Positions 24,758-37,660 of a stretch of 64,000 bases of DNA are shown here, one piece after another. The position numbers were made by a program, and so were the translations under genes. Positions within the stretch are counted from its first letter, which is position 1; every line of letters starts with the position of its first letter. This stretch comes from Felis catus (taxonomy: Eukaryota), in assembly GCF_018350175.1 (NCBI RefSeq), contig NC_058368.1:188606001-188670000 (forward strand), in the 5' to 3' direction. The notes beneath the pieces were generated by a model that saw nothing but the letters and a program-made list of their open reading frames with translations, was not told the origin of the DNA and searched no databases.

Positions 24758-25019
24758 AAAAGTTGAAATCATTTATGGCATAGTGAACTTGGCCGTCTTT
24801 TAGCATTGTTTACACTTCTGACCAAGTGTAACATTTTTATAGACCTTAAGAGAAGCACTCAAGTGTTTTAATAAAGGTGGAGCCTTCTTTGGCCTCAGTT
24901 TCATGTTATAATACACTTTTTACCTCCTAGTAGCACAGAGACCCCAGCTCTACTTACCACGTCATGTGAGCCTCTCAGCCCAGCACCCAGGAGGACACAT
25001 AGCATTCTGATCCTTTCAG

Positions 25020-25380
25020 GAGAACTATATTATGTGGTCGTGACAAAATCTCTCAAAATCTCAGTGGCTTTAAACCAAAAGAAGTTTACGTGTCATGCAC
25101 ACAGCGTATGTGACCGCGAAGTTGGCAGGGGTGCTCTGTTTGGTGCGGACACTTTGGATCTAAGCTGATGGAACAGCCACTATTAAACCTTCAGGATGTC
25201 CATGGCAAAGAGAAAGGGCTCTGGAAGACCGTGCATTAGCAATCCCAGGCTCCTCTCAGCAGTGGACGCCTGCCCCTTCCGTTTACCACCCCATGGCCTG
25301 AACTATGGCCTCATCAGCACAGGGGCATGCAGTCTTCCTTCCGTGGCCTGGAAAGACAACACATTTGCAATGCTGACCAC
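25020..25380. mobile_element. Old MaLR LTR (MLT1-class) relic
   Basis: aaatctcagtggctttaaaccaaaagaagtttac...gctgatggaacagccactatt. Confidence 0.5.
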
Positions 25381-26514
25381 TACCACACCTCAGCTGGAGC
25401 AGCACATACTTTTATTTACAAGTTATTCAGACTTGGGGAGCATACCTCTGAATGGTTCAAAGTGTACTGGTTGAGAACCTCTGACTTAATTGATTTCTTG
25501 TTCTGATATGCTGGGATGGTAGCATTGTGTAACGCCATCTGTATTTCACGTTTGTGTTTCCTGGTCATTTTTGTAATAGTTTCCAACTCACAGGCTTTTG
25601 ACATACGATATAAAGTTTAGCCATCTGTACGACTGAAGAGAAAACAAAGTTAAATTCAATTTCTCTCCTATTATACTTGATCAAATTAAATGAGAAAATA
25701 TTACATCCTTCATGGGCCCTTTTTGGGTCCACTTACTGATTTCCGCTGTTTTTCAGGCCACATGTATGTATTTTCACTCATAATCAGTTTTCTCTTAAGA
25801 ACTTTTTATTGCCTTATGAATTTTGACATCAAAGTATGAAACAATCTAAACCCTCATTCTAGTTATTAACATGTATTTCTACTTTGTGTTGTTTTCATGT
25901 CCTAAACTTGTTCTAGTGATCTAAACCATGCTATAGGCACAGTATGTCTCTAGAGGCCTGATTTTCAAACACTGGACTGAACATGAGGCTCCTTGAGATC
26001 CCTCATTAGGGCTTCTGTGTTGTCTCTGAAGTATGCCATGTTTTCATGAGCATTTTACATCAGAAACACTCTGCTTTCCCTAAAGGTTTTGACATTATGT
26101 CAAATTGTGAATGTAATTGGTTAGGGGAGAAGGAAAAATGTGTAGTTTTCAGGTTTAAAAGGAAGTTCTTTTTTTCCTACGGCTCTGGTAATGGGAAAAG
26201 GGCCTTACAGAGATTTAAGTATTAACACCTTATATGCCAAGGTAATAAACACACCTTTTAGCAAATAAGTTTTACACTCTCATTGCTTCCACTCTGGCTT
26301 TCATAAAAATAGAGTCCAATTTTAGAATCATGGCAAATTGAAAGTAGGAATTACAAGGTTTCAATTATTTTGTAAATCCTACATAGGTTTTAAAAATACA
26401 TTTTCCTCATTTTGAAGCCCTGCTTATTATTTGGAAAACAAAGTATTTAAAAAGAATAAAAGTAACCCATAATCTCCCTTTTGGAATTAGTCTTTTCAAG
26501 TTTCTTTTAAGAAT

Positions 26515-26717
26515 TTTTTTTAATGTTTTTCATTTTTGAGAGAGAGAAAGAGTGTGAGCGAGGGAGGGACAGAGAGCAAGGGAGACAGAATCTGAAGCAG
26601 GCTCCAGGCTCCAAGCTGTCAGCACAGAGCCTGATGTAGAGCTTGAACCCACAAACCATGATGAGATCATGACCTGAGCCAAAGTCAGACGCTTAACCGA
26701 CTGAGCCACTCAGGCTC
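26515..26717 (-). mobile_element. CanSINE with eroded 5' terminus and no obvious TSD
   Basis: Canonical body ending gagccactcaggc. Confidence 0.88.
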
Positions 26718-28068
26718 AGTTAATGTAAAAATGTAAAAAGTTACATTCAGCGCTAACAGAATTCCCTTCATTGACAAGCACACCCCCACTTACCGAGGAG
26801 TCACTTTTACTTCTATTTTTAAAGTCTACTGCCTATCATCAGGCATCTGAAATTCAAACATATACCACACAATTCTGTAATTTGTCAGTTAAGGCACACC
26901 AACTTTGAAAATAGAGACTGCTATGACTTAAAAATAAAGTTGCATTTTATAGGTAGTACTTGCTTGGAAAATAATAAAAAATACTAGGAGCAGCTTATAG
27001 AACGAGTTATTCTTTTGGCCATGCAGAAATATACTCCCTTTCTTGACATTTAATTGCAGTGTGGTTTAAAGTGAAGGTGGGGCATTTCTAGTAAAGACTG
27101 AGTAAACCCTGCAGGTAACCATGATTCTAGAGTCCTATCCATTTTCCTTGCTCTTACTAAAACTGATGTTGGTGTCCTTTTCCTAATCTATTTTTCATGA
27201 ATGTTGGCTGTGTGAGCCTTATTTTTTCTTTCTATTCTTAATAGATATAAGTAACTCCTTGCTTTTCTATTGTTTTATATATTCTAAGGTAAAATAGAAT
27301 GGCTTCTGACTAGCTGGAAATTATAATTCCCATGAATGTAGAAGAAATTCTGTGTCACTTCTAGATGAATGTTCTATTACTTTCCAAGTGAGAACTTGCC
27401 AAACTGAAGTCATCTCCCTGAGTGGCACCATGCCTGTTAGTTTCCTCTGACAATCATTTATCCGTCCCCTTGGATTTGGGCAAATAGGCACAGAGGAGAG
27501 GAGGCTAGACTAGAGGCAAGAGCTCTGGGCTAAAATTTTTATTCCTTTTTGAGCTGTGTGATCCTTGGCCAGACTTTGTTTTTCTGGGCTTCAGCCTCAT
27601 CTGAAAAAAATGATCGCTGAGGTGTCATACTGCTCTTAAGATTTTGCCCATCTGTATTTTTAATCGTTACCATGGACTGAGTGATAAGCTTTATGTGTTT
27701 TCTTATGTGCTATGCCAAATGTTAAAGTTAGCTAAGGTTTGGGTTACCACTGTGTTTCCAGTGCCTGGGGTGGGGCAGGAGCTCTCTACATATCTGAGTG
27801 AACAAATGAACTTAATATGTGACTTAATATGGATAAACCCCATAGTTCAAAAATGGCAGAGAATTCTGTTAGTTCTAGAGGCAGAGAGCATAACATTACA
27901 TGCCACAGAGATGAGGTCATTTCGGTGAGTGGTTTTTGATTATCTGACTCAATTCAGATACAGAACTCAGAGCTTTCTAGAATAGTTTACAAACCTGGGG
28001 TATTCAGGTGAAATCTGGGCTGATGAATTTTTCTTGGTTTTATTGTTTGACCTCAAAGGTGCACTTTT

Positions 28069-28279
28069 TTTTTTTTCAACGTTTATTTATTTTTGGGACA
28101 GAGAGAGACAGAGCATGAACGGGGGAGGGGCAGAGAGAGAGGGAGACACAGAATTGGAAACAGGCTCCAGGCTCTGAGCCATCAGCCCAGAGCCTGACGC
28201 GGGGCTGGAACTCACAGACCGTGAGATCGTGACCTGGCTGAAGTCGGACGCTTAACCGACTGCGCCACCCAGGCACCCC
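28069..28279 (-). mobile_element. SINEC_Fc-type CanSINE, TSD aaggtgcacttttt
   Basis: Young canonical body with flanking direct repeat. Confidence 0.93.
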
Positions 28280-28293
28280 AAGGTGCACTTTTT

Positions 28294-28512
28294 AAAAAAA
28301 TGTTTATTTATTTATTTTGAGAGAGAGAGAGAGTGAGAGTGTGTGCTGGGGAGGAGCAGAGAGAGAGAGGGAGAGAGAGAATCCTAAGCAGGCTCTGCAC
28401 TCTCAGTGCATAGCCCTATGCGGGGCTCAAACTCATGAACTGTGAGATCATGACCTGAGCTGAATGAAATCAAGAGTCGGACACTTAATCAACTGAGCCA
28501 CCCAGGCACCCC
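28294..28512 (-). mobile_element. Older-type CanSINE in tandem with the previous one
   Basis: Body variant gaatcctaagcaggctctgcact...aaatcaagagtcggacact. Confidence 0.9.
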
Positions 28513-28952
28513 TCAAAGGTGTAATTTTATTTATTTATTTTTATGGTTTTTTTTTAATTTAAATCCAAGTTAGTTAACATATAATGTAATAATAATTTCA
28601 GGAAAAGAATTTAGTGCTTTATCACTTACATAAAAGACCCACTACTCATCCCAACAAGTGTCCTCTTTAATGTCCCTCATTCCTGTAGCCCAGCCCCCCA
28701 CCCAAACCCTGCCAGCAACCCTCAGTTTGTTCTCTGTATTTAAGAGTCTCTTATATTTTGTCTCCCTGTTTTTGTATTATTTTTGCTTCTCTTCCCTTAT
28801 GTTCATCTGTTTTGTATCTTTAAATTCCACATATGAGTGAAGTCATATGATATTTGTCTTTCTCTGACTTAGTTTGCTGAGCATAATACACTCTAGTTCC
28901 ACCCACGTTGGAAATGGCAAGATTTCATACTTTTTAGTTGTCAAGTAATATT

Positions 28953-28955
<3 letters not shown>

Positions 28956-28999
<44 letters not shown>
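28956..28999. repeat. (GT)n microsatellite inside the L1
   Basis: Read directly from the sequence. Confidence 0.95.
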
Positions 29000-29001
<2 letters not shown>

Positions 29002-31454
29002 CACATCTTCTTTATCCATTCTTCAGTAGATGGACATTTGGGCTCTTTCCATACTTTGGCTATTGTTGATAGTGCTGCTATAAACATTGGGGTGCCTGTA
29101 CCCCTTTGAATTAGCACTGTTGTATCCACTGGGTAAATACCTAGTAGTGCAATTGCTGGGTCGTAGGGTAGTTCTATTTTTTTTAATTTTTTGAGGAACC
29201 TCATACTGTTTTCTAGAGTGGCTACACCAGTTTGCATTCCCACCAGCAGTACAAAAGGGTTCCTCTTTCTCTGCATCCTTGTCAGCATCTGTTGTTGCCT
29301 GAGTTGTTCATGTTAGCCATTCTGACAGGTGTGAGGTAGTATTTCATTGTGGTTTTGATTTGTATTTCCCTGATGATGAATGATGTTGAGCATCTCTTCA
29401 TGTGTCTGTTAGCCATCTGGATGTCTTCTTTGGAAAAGTGTCTATTCATGTCTTTTGCCCATTTCTTCACTGGATTGTTTTTTTGGGTGTTGAGTTTGGT
29501 AAGTTCTTTATAGATTTTGGATACTAACCCTTTATTTGACATGTCATTTGCAAATATCTTCTCCCATTCCATCGGTTGCCTTTTAGTTTTGCTGATTTTT
29601 TTCTTTCACTGTGCAGAAGCTTTTTATCTTGATGAGGTCCCAAAAGTTCATTTTTGCTTTTGTTTCCCTTGCCTCTGGAGATATGTCAAGTAAGAAGTTG
29701 CTTTGGCCAAGGTTAAAGGTCTTTTCATAGATCTGCCGTCCATTTTGAGTTTATTTTTTGTGTATGGTGCAAGAAAGTGGTCCAGGTTCATTCTTCTGCA
29801 TGTTGCTGTCCAGTGTTCCCAACACCATTTGTTGCAAAGACTGTCTTTTTGCCATTGGATATTCTTTCCTGCTTTGTCAAAGATTAGTTGGCCATACGTT
29901 TGTGGGTCCATTTCTGGGTTCTCTATTTTGCTCCATTGATCTATGTGTCTGTTCTTGTGTCAGTATCATACTGTCTTGATGATTACAGCTGTGTAATACA
30001 CTTTGAAGTCCAGAATTGTGAGCCTCCAGCTTTGGTTTTCTTTTTCAGAATTGCTTTGGCTATTTGGGGTCTTTTCTGGTTCCATACCAATTTTAGGATT
30101 GTTTGTTCTAGCACTGTGAAGAATGCTGGTGTTATTTTGATAGGGATTGCATTGAATATGTAGATTGCTTTGGGTAGTATTGACATTTTAACAATATTTG
30201 TTCCTCCAATCCATGAGCATGGAATATTTTTCCATTTTTTTGTGTCTTCTTCACTTTCTTTCTATAGTTTCTATAAGTTCTTTCTACAGTTTGTTCAGCT
30301 TTCTGTAGTTTTCAGTGTATAGATTTTTCACCTCTTTGGTTAGGTTTATTCCTAGGTATTTTATGGCTTTTGGTGCAATTGAAAATGGGATTGATTCCTT
30401 GATGTCTGTTTCTTCTGCTTCATTATTGATGTATAGAAATGTAACCGATCTCTGTGAATTGATTTTATATCCTGTGACTTTGCTGAATTCATGAATCAGT
30501 TCTAGCAGTTTTTTGGTGGAGTCTTTTTGGTTTTCTACATAGAGTATTATGTCATCTGCCAAGAATGATAGTTTGACCTCCCCCTCGCTGGTTGGATACG
30601 TTTTATTTATTTGTGTTGTTTGATTGTTGAGGCTAGGACTTCCAACACTATGTTGGATAACAGTGGTGAGAGTGGACATCGTGGTCGTATTCCTGATGGT
30701 AGGGGGAAAGATCTCAGTTTTTCTGCATTAAGGATGATAATAGCAGTGGGTCTTTCATATTATGGCCTTTCTGATCTTGCAGTATGATCCTTCTATCAAG
30801 AACGATGTTGTAGAAAGGATATTGTATTTTGTCAAATGCTTTTTAAGCATCCTTTGAGAGGATCATGTGGGTCTTATCCTTTCTTTTATTAATGTAATAT
30901 ATCGCATTGATTGATTTGCGGATATTGAACCAGCATCCCAGGAATAAATCCCACTTGATTGTGGTAAATGATTCTTTTAATGTATTGTTTGATCCAGTTT
31001 GCTAGTATCTTATTGAGAATTTTTGCATCCATGTTCCTTAAGGAAATTGGTCTATAGTTCTCCTTTTTAGTGGGGTCTTTGTCTGGTTTTGGAATCAAGG
31101 TAATACTGGCTTCATAGAATGAGTTTGAAAGTTTTCCTTGAATTTCTATTTTTTGGAACAGCTTCAAAAGAATAGATGTTAACTCTTCCTTAAATGTTTA
31201 GTAGAATTCCCCTGGAAAGCCATCTGACCCTGGACTCTTGTTGGGAGATTTTTGATTACTAATTCAATTTCTTTACTGGTTATGGGTCTGTTCAAATTTT
31301 CTATTTCTTCCTGTTTCAGTTTTCGTAGTTTATATGGTTCTAGGAATTTCTCCATTTCTTCCAGATTACCCAATTTGTTGGCATATAATTGTTCATTATG
31401 TTCTCTTATTATTGTTTGTATTTCTGTGGTGTTGGTTGTGATCTCTCCTCTTTC

Positions 31455-31684
31455 TTTTTTTATTTAAAAAAGAATTTTTTTTACATTTATTTATTTTTGA
31501 GAGAGAGAGAAACAGAGCACAAGTGGGGGAGGGGCAGAGAGAGAAGGAGACACCGAATCTGAAGCAGGCTCCAGGCTCTGAGCTGTCAGCACAGAGCCTG
31601 ACGTGGGGCTCAAACTCACGAACCATGAGATCATGACCTGAGCTGAAGCTGGACGCTTAACCAGCTGAGCCACCCAGGGGCCCC
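31455..31684 (-). mobile_element. CanSINE nested in L1 ORF2, TSD tgatctctcctctttc
   Basis: Direct repeat at ~31439-31454 and ~31686-31701. Confidence 0.93.
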
Positions 31685-33502
31685 ATGATCTCTCCTCTTT
31701 CATTCGTGATTTTATTTATTTGGGTCCTTTCCTTTTTCTTTTTGATCAATCCGGCTAGTGGTTTATCAATGTTGTTAATTCTTTCAAAGATCCAGCTTCT
31801 GGTTTCATTGATCTGTTCTACTGTTGTTGTTTTTTAATTTCACTATCATTGATTTCTGCTTTAATCTTTATTATTTCCCTTTTTCTGCTGGTTTTGGGCT
31901 TTATTTGCTGTTCTTTTCCCAGCTCTTTTAAGTGTAAGGTTAGGTTCTGTATTTCAGATCTTTCTTCCTTCTTTAGGAAATCCTGGATTGCTATATACTT
32001 CCCTCTTATGACTGCTTTTGCTGCATCCCAGAGGTTTTGGACTGTAATGTTTTCATTTTCATTTGCTTCCATGTACTTTTTAATTTCCTCTTTAATTTCT
32101 TGGTTAACCTATTCACCCATTTATTCTTTAGTATGATGTTCTTTAGTTTCCAAGTGTTCATTGTCTTTCCATTTTTTTTCTTGTGGTTGATTTTGAGTTT
32201 CATAGCATTGTGATCTGAAAATATTCAAGGTATGATCTCGATCTGTTTTTACTTTTTGAGGGCTGATTTGTGACCCAGTATGTGATCTATTCTGGAGAAT
32301 GTTCCATGTGCACTCAAGAAGAATGTGTACTCTGCTGCTTTAGGATGAAATGTTCTGACTATATAAGTCCATCTGTCCAGTGTATCATTCAAAGCCATTG
32401 TTTCCTTGTCGATTTTCTGCTTAGATGATCTGTCCATTGCTCTAAGTGGGGAGTTGAAGTCCCCTACTATGATGGTACTATTATCAATGAGTTTCTTGCT
32501 TGTGATTATTTGATTTATATATTTGGGTGCTTCCATGTTGGCATAAATATTTACAATTGTTAGATCTTGTTGGATGACCCCTTAATTACGATATAATGCC
32601 CTTCCTCATTTCTTGTTACAGTCTTCATTTAAAAATCTAGTTTGTCTGATATAAGTATGGCGACTCTAGCTTTCTTTTGATAGATGATTTTCCATCCCCT
32701 TACTTTCAATCTGCAGGTGCCTTTAGGTCTAAAATGAGTCTCTTGTAAGCAGCATATAGGTCTTGTTTTCTTATCTGTTCTGATAGCCTATGTCTTTTAA
32801 TTGGAGTATTTAGTCCATTGACACTTAGAGTGAGTACTGAGACATGAATTTAGCACCATTGTGTTGCCTTTTGAGTTGGTGTTTTTGGAGGTGTTCTCTG
32901 GTTCTTTCTAGACTTTGTTGCTTTTGGTCTGTTTTGTTTTGTCTTTTCTCCAGTCAAAATATCCCCCTTAAAGTTTCTTGCAGGGCGTTTAGTGGTCACA
33001 AACTCCTTTAGTTTGTGTTTGTCTGGGAAACTCTTTATCTCTGCTTCTATTTTGAATGACAGTCTTGCTGGATAAAGAATTTTTGACTGCATATTTTTCT
33101 GATTCATCATGTTGAATAAATCCTGTTACTCCTTTCTGGCCTGCCAAGTTTCTGGATAGGTCTGCTGTGAACATGATCTGTATTCCCTTATAGGTTAAGG
33201 ACGTTTTTTCCCTTCCTGCTTTCATAATTCTTTCCTTGTCTGTATATTTCATGAATTTGACTGATTTGTTGTTTTTTTGTCGAATCTAATGGGAGTTTTC
33301 TGTGCTTCTTGGATTTTGATGTCTGTGTCTTTCCCCAGATTAGAAAGTCTTCCACTATAATTTGCTCACATAAACCTTCTGCCCCTTTTTCTCTCTCTTC
33401 ATCTTCTGGGACTCCTATGATTTAGATGTTATTCCTTTTTAATAAGTCACCGAATTCTTTAAGTTTTGTATTGTGACCTTTTGCCTTTGTTTCCCTCTTT
33501 TT

Positions 33503-33599
33503 TCTTTCTTTTCTTTTTTCAATATATGAAGTTTATTGTCAAATTGGTTTCCATAAAACACCCAGTGCTCATCCCAAAAGGTGCCCTCCTCAATACCCA
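33503..33599 (-). mobile_element. Very short (~80-100 bp) 3' end of a young felid L1 nested in ORF1 of the older L1
   Basis: Matches 9771-9848 (the 3' terminus of the young L1); TSD tccctcttttt at 33492-33502 and 33600-33610. Confidence 0.88.
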
Positions 33600-35603
33600 T
33601 CCCTCTTTTTTTTTTCCTGCTTCATTATTCTCCATAATTTTATCTTCTAAATCACCAACTCACTGTTCTGCCTCATCCATTCTTGCCTTCGTGGCATTCA
33701 CCCGAGATTGCATCTTGGTGATAGCATTTTTAATTTCGTCCTGACTAGATTTTATTTCTTTAATCTCCACAGAAAAGTATTCTATGCTTTTTTCAACCCC
33801 AGCTAGTATTATTATTGTGGTTCTAAATTCTAGTTCAGACATCTTGTTTATATATGTTGATTAAGCCCCTGTCTATCATTTCCTCCTGTTCTTTCTTTTG
33901 GGGTGAATTCCTTCATTTTGTCATTTTGAAGGAAGAAAAAATTAATAAAATTAAAAATGAAAATTAAAAAAGTAAAAACAAAACAAAAAATCAAATAAAG
34001 AAAGCTAGATCCTAGGTGCATTTTGGTCTGGTTGTTAAAAGAAACTTGATAGAATAGAGAAAAAAGGGAAAGAAAAGAAAAAAAAGTAAGAAAAAATTTA
34101 AAAATGAAAAATATATATAATAAAATAGAATAAAATGAATAAAGAAAATGAAATAGAATAAAACATTTAAAATAAAGTAATAAAAAATAAAATTTTCTCT
34201 TTTCTGTATCCAAGAATGGGGAAGAAAAGAAAGAAAGGGAAAAAAAGAAAAAATAAAACAATTTAAGCAAAAACAGAAGCAAAGAAAATGAACAGATAAA
34301 GGAACCAGAAAACAGAATGAAACCTAAAGAAGTTATATCCTGTTTTCTCTAGGACTGAAAGTATGAAGTCTTCTATAGTCTGTGCACTAAGCAGGTGGCG
34401 TGACTTGTGCTGGTCTTCTAGGGAATGTGCTTGGAGGGTGCAGTTGGTGGGGGGGTGGTGTAAGGGCTCCATTATCCACCAGGTGGCACTGCTTAGCTTA
34501 CTGGGGTGGGTCAGTGCGATGTGCATGCAGCTGTGTGGGAGAGGTGGAAATGGCTTCATCCAGCTCCCTAGTCTCTGGCACAGGAACTTTGCACTCTCAC
34601 CGACCTTTGATCAAATATCTCTTCTTTGTCTCAGGCCTCCGTCCACTCCTCTCCTCCACCCTGTCCGTGTCCAAGCTGTTCACCTGCCAGGTAGCACCTC
34701 CCTCCAGAGTTTTATCTCAGATGGGGCTGTGTTGCAAAACCCCATGCTTCTGAGACCCCTGTGGCTTGGACCTGCACCAATTCTCTGGGGGAAGGATCTT
34801 GCTGAGCAATGACAGGGTGCCGGCTTGCCCCAGAAGAGTTTCTTGCAATCACGCAGAGGCAGAGGTTCAGAAATTATGGCAAATCACAACACACAGCCAG
34901 CGCCAGGTTTCACCACACTCTGGCGACTTTGTCCCAGTAGCGGCAAACATGGCGCCTTTCAGGGGTCTGCTAAGACCTTTGCCTGTGGGGAGGCCATATG
35001 CCCTCTACCAAATGCACTCCAAACAGGACAACCACTTCTCCCTGTGTGGCACATGGACCCCTCAGACTGCACTGCCTGCTTCTGGGGATTCGTCCTGTTT
35101 CCTCACCAGAGCATCACTAGGCACTGAGCTCCAAAACTTCAGACTCTGTGCTCCACTGTTTATAACATCCTGGTGGTATTGAAACCCTCTCCTTGCTTCC
35201 CACCAATGGTTTTGGGGAACAGATTTCTTGTTCAGTCCCCTGCTAGTGTTTTCACTCTTACTCTCTCTTTCTTTCCAGCTACTTTCAGGGGAGTGCTTTT
35301 CTTGCACATCCCAATGCACCACGCTCTCTCCCTTTCTCTCTTTCTGTCCTCTCTCCACAAAAACAGCTCCCTATCCTCTGTGGCTTTTCTCTCCCCCAGT
35401 TCACCTCTCCACACCATGTACCTGCCGAGTTCTGTGGCTCAAGTTATGCAGATTGTTGTGTTAATCCTTAGATCGATTTCCTAGGTATTCAAAATGGTTT
35501 GGTGCTGATCTGCCTATGTTTCAGAGACAAGACAAACTCAGGGTCTCCATGCCGCTCCAACATCTTGACCGTCTTCTAAAGGTGTACTTTTAAATGAATT
35601 TTT

Positions 35604-35622
35604 ATTTTTTTTATTATTTTTA

Positions 35623-35664
<42 letters not shown>

Positions 35665-35849
35665 TTAAAGAGAGAGACAGAGCAAGTGGGAGAGGGACAG
35701 AAAGAGAGGGGGAGACACAGAATTCGAAGCAGGCTCCAGGCTCTGAGCTCTCAGCACAGAGCCCAACGTGAGGCTCGAACTCACAAGCCACGAGATCATG
35801 AGCTGAGCCGAAGTTGGACACTCAACTGACTGAGCCACCCAGGCACCCC
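35604..35849 (-). mobile_element. CanSINE, TSD taaatgaattttt, (TTTA)n tail
   Basis: Direct repeat at 35591-35603 and 35850-35862. Confidence 0.92.
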
Positions 35850-36395
35850 TAAATGAATTTTTAAAAAAAAAATTAAATTCGTTGCCAACCATTTAAAAAT
35901 TGCAGGCTCATATATACAAATCCAATTTCTGGCTTCTCTTGGAAACTTGGAAGAGCTGGCTGCATGAAGTTATTCATTCCTGCCTGGTAACAGTTGGCAG
36001 GAGCTGAAGTGGGTCAAGTAGGCTTTCTGATTTCACCCCAGATCCTGTCTCCACCACTACCTGCTTTCAAAAAGTAGATTATCATCCATCAAACTTCTGT
36101 TCAAGTAGGAGATGCTGTGATTACTGGCAAACTTGGCTGCTCATTTAACGACATTGTATAGTGCAAATACCTCTGTATTGATTAAAGTGAAAAATATAAG
36201 AGAACCAGGAGCAATGTGGATAAATCTGATGTTCATTTGTGAAAGTGTAGAATCTGTATTTTCATTTTTCTTTAATTATAGTAGTCATTGAACAGAATCA
36301 GTGACCAAGTGTCTCATTTGAATGTATTTTCAGTTTGATTCTACACGTGAAGTTTGCATTCTGTGATATCACCACATTGTTACATGGACCTGGGC

Positions 36396-36570
36396 CAGTG
36401 TTTCTCCATCTTTGTTGAGCGTTGGAAGGAGATAGGAAGCTTGTGAAAAATATCATGCTTGGGCCCAACCCCATGGATTCTGACTGGGTACGTTTGGGAA
36501 GGAGCCTATTTGTTCTTTGTTTCAATTTTGCAGATGATTCTGATCCATTAAAATGCGAGAACCAACTTTG
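36396..36570. mobile_element. MER5-like DNA transposon relic
   Basis: cagtgtttctc...gattctgactgggtacgtttggga...gatgattctgat...gagaacca. Confidence 0.5.
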
Positions 36571-37361
36571 ATCTAGGGCAAATATTCCTACTATTTTGGT
36601 GAGGCGGGTGGTTCCTTGTTTTTGGAACTACTGCTTTTATGGAAGACGATTCTTAGAGAAGAAATACACACAAAGACATTTGCCTCTGAGAAACATTTAT
36701 GGGTAAGTATTCCAGCAGTTTACAGGGCTTCTGCAGTGGAACAGCAAAGCCTGGCCAGCATGTCAGTGCAGGTACACGTGTGAGACCTGACCTAGTCTAC
36801 CGACCGTTTTGGTTGATTAACCATCTAGAAATGTCTGAAACTATATTTTCAGTTTTACATTGTCAGTTTTTTCCCCCCACAAACATACAGAATTAAAGAA
36901 CCATAGAATTTTAGAAGTAACCCAGTCTTCAGAAATCTAGATCACCTGCCCTGTTCTATAAGAGAGCCAACTGTTCAACCGTCCAAGACCACACACAGTT
37001 GACGGTTGCACTGGGAACAGTGCTTAGATTTCTGAATTCCAGTCTAGTGTTCTTCCTATCATTTCTGCTCACCTCAAAACAATATCCAAATATCCATGTG
37101 TATTATGTTGCATTCAAGAGACCTGCTTTGTTAAATTAAAAGGTGTTATATGTGAGCTTTGGTGAAAATACAGAACAGTGAAAGTTTCTGAGATATAATA
37201 TTTAAAACTATCAATTGGAATCAATTTTTTTGGTAAATTTTTTATAAAAGGGAAACAAGTAAATCAAAGTCAGGGTACAGAATAAATCTTACTATATGGC
37301 AAGCCACAGCCCGTCAAGATATGGAATTTGGAAACTGTTAGCTATAAAATGTCTTTGTGCT

Positions 37362-37540
37362 GGGGTACCTGGGTGGCTCATTCGGGGAAGTGTCCAACTC
37401 TTGATTTTGGCTCAGGTCATGATCTTGGGCTCGTGAATTTGAGTCCTGCATCAGGCTCTATACTGACAGTGCTGAGTCTCCTTGGGATTCTATCTCTCAC
37501 GCTCTCTCTCTCTCAAAATAAATAAACATTTAAAAAATAA
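37362..37540 (+). mobile_element. Older CanSINE whose A tail is interrupted by the next SINE
   Basis: ggggtacctgggtggctcattcggggaag...; outer TSD aaaatgtc(t/c)ttgt(g/a)ct. Confidence 0.88.
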
Positions 37541-37544
37541 AATT

Positions 37545-37611
37545 CTTTATTCTTTTATTTATGATTTTACTTTACTTTAGAGAGAGAGAGACAGAACATG
37601 AGCGGGGAAGG

Positions 37612-37660
<49 letters not shown>

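Larger units (their letters stand above)
28529..35577 (-). mobile_element. Full-length but decayed carnivore LINE-1 (~7 kb including nested insertions): 5'UTR ~35577-33925, ORF1 ~33924-32960, ORF2 ~32859-28840, 3'UTR
   Basis: ORF1 fragments (coiled coil; KILYPARLSFKIE..IKSFPDK.KLKEFVTT). ORF2 endonuclease (NGLNTPIKR, IIVGDFNSPL, SRIDHILGHK) and RT fragments with many frameshifts. TSD aaaggtgta(a/c)tttt at both ends. Confidence 0.93.

Noticed and set aside
20890..33924. Reverse transcriptase and endonuclease ORF fragments as a novel RT system
   Set aside because: They are ordinary LINE-1 ORF1/ORF2 pieces broken by frameshifts, with L1 UTRs, tails and TSDs.
34263..35484. Several 100-150 aa ORFs on both strands
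   Set aside because: They lie in the GC-richer L1 5'UTR with no protein similarity I can recognise, and I cannot support an ORF0-like gene.
28054..35591. Repeated 14-mer with spacers as a CRISPR-like array
   Set aside because: The spacers are whole retroelements of 0.2-7 kb and the repeats are target-site duplications in eukaryotic DNA.
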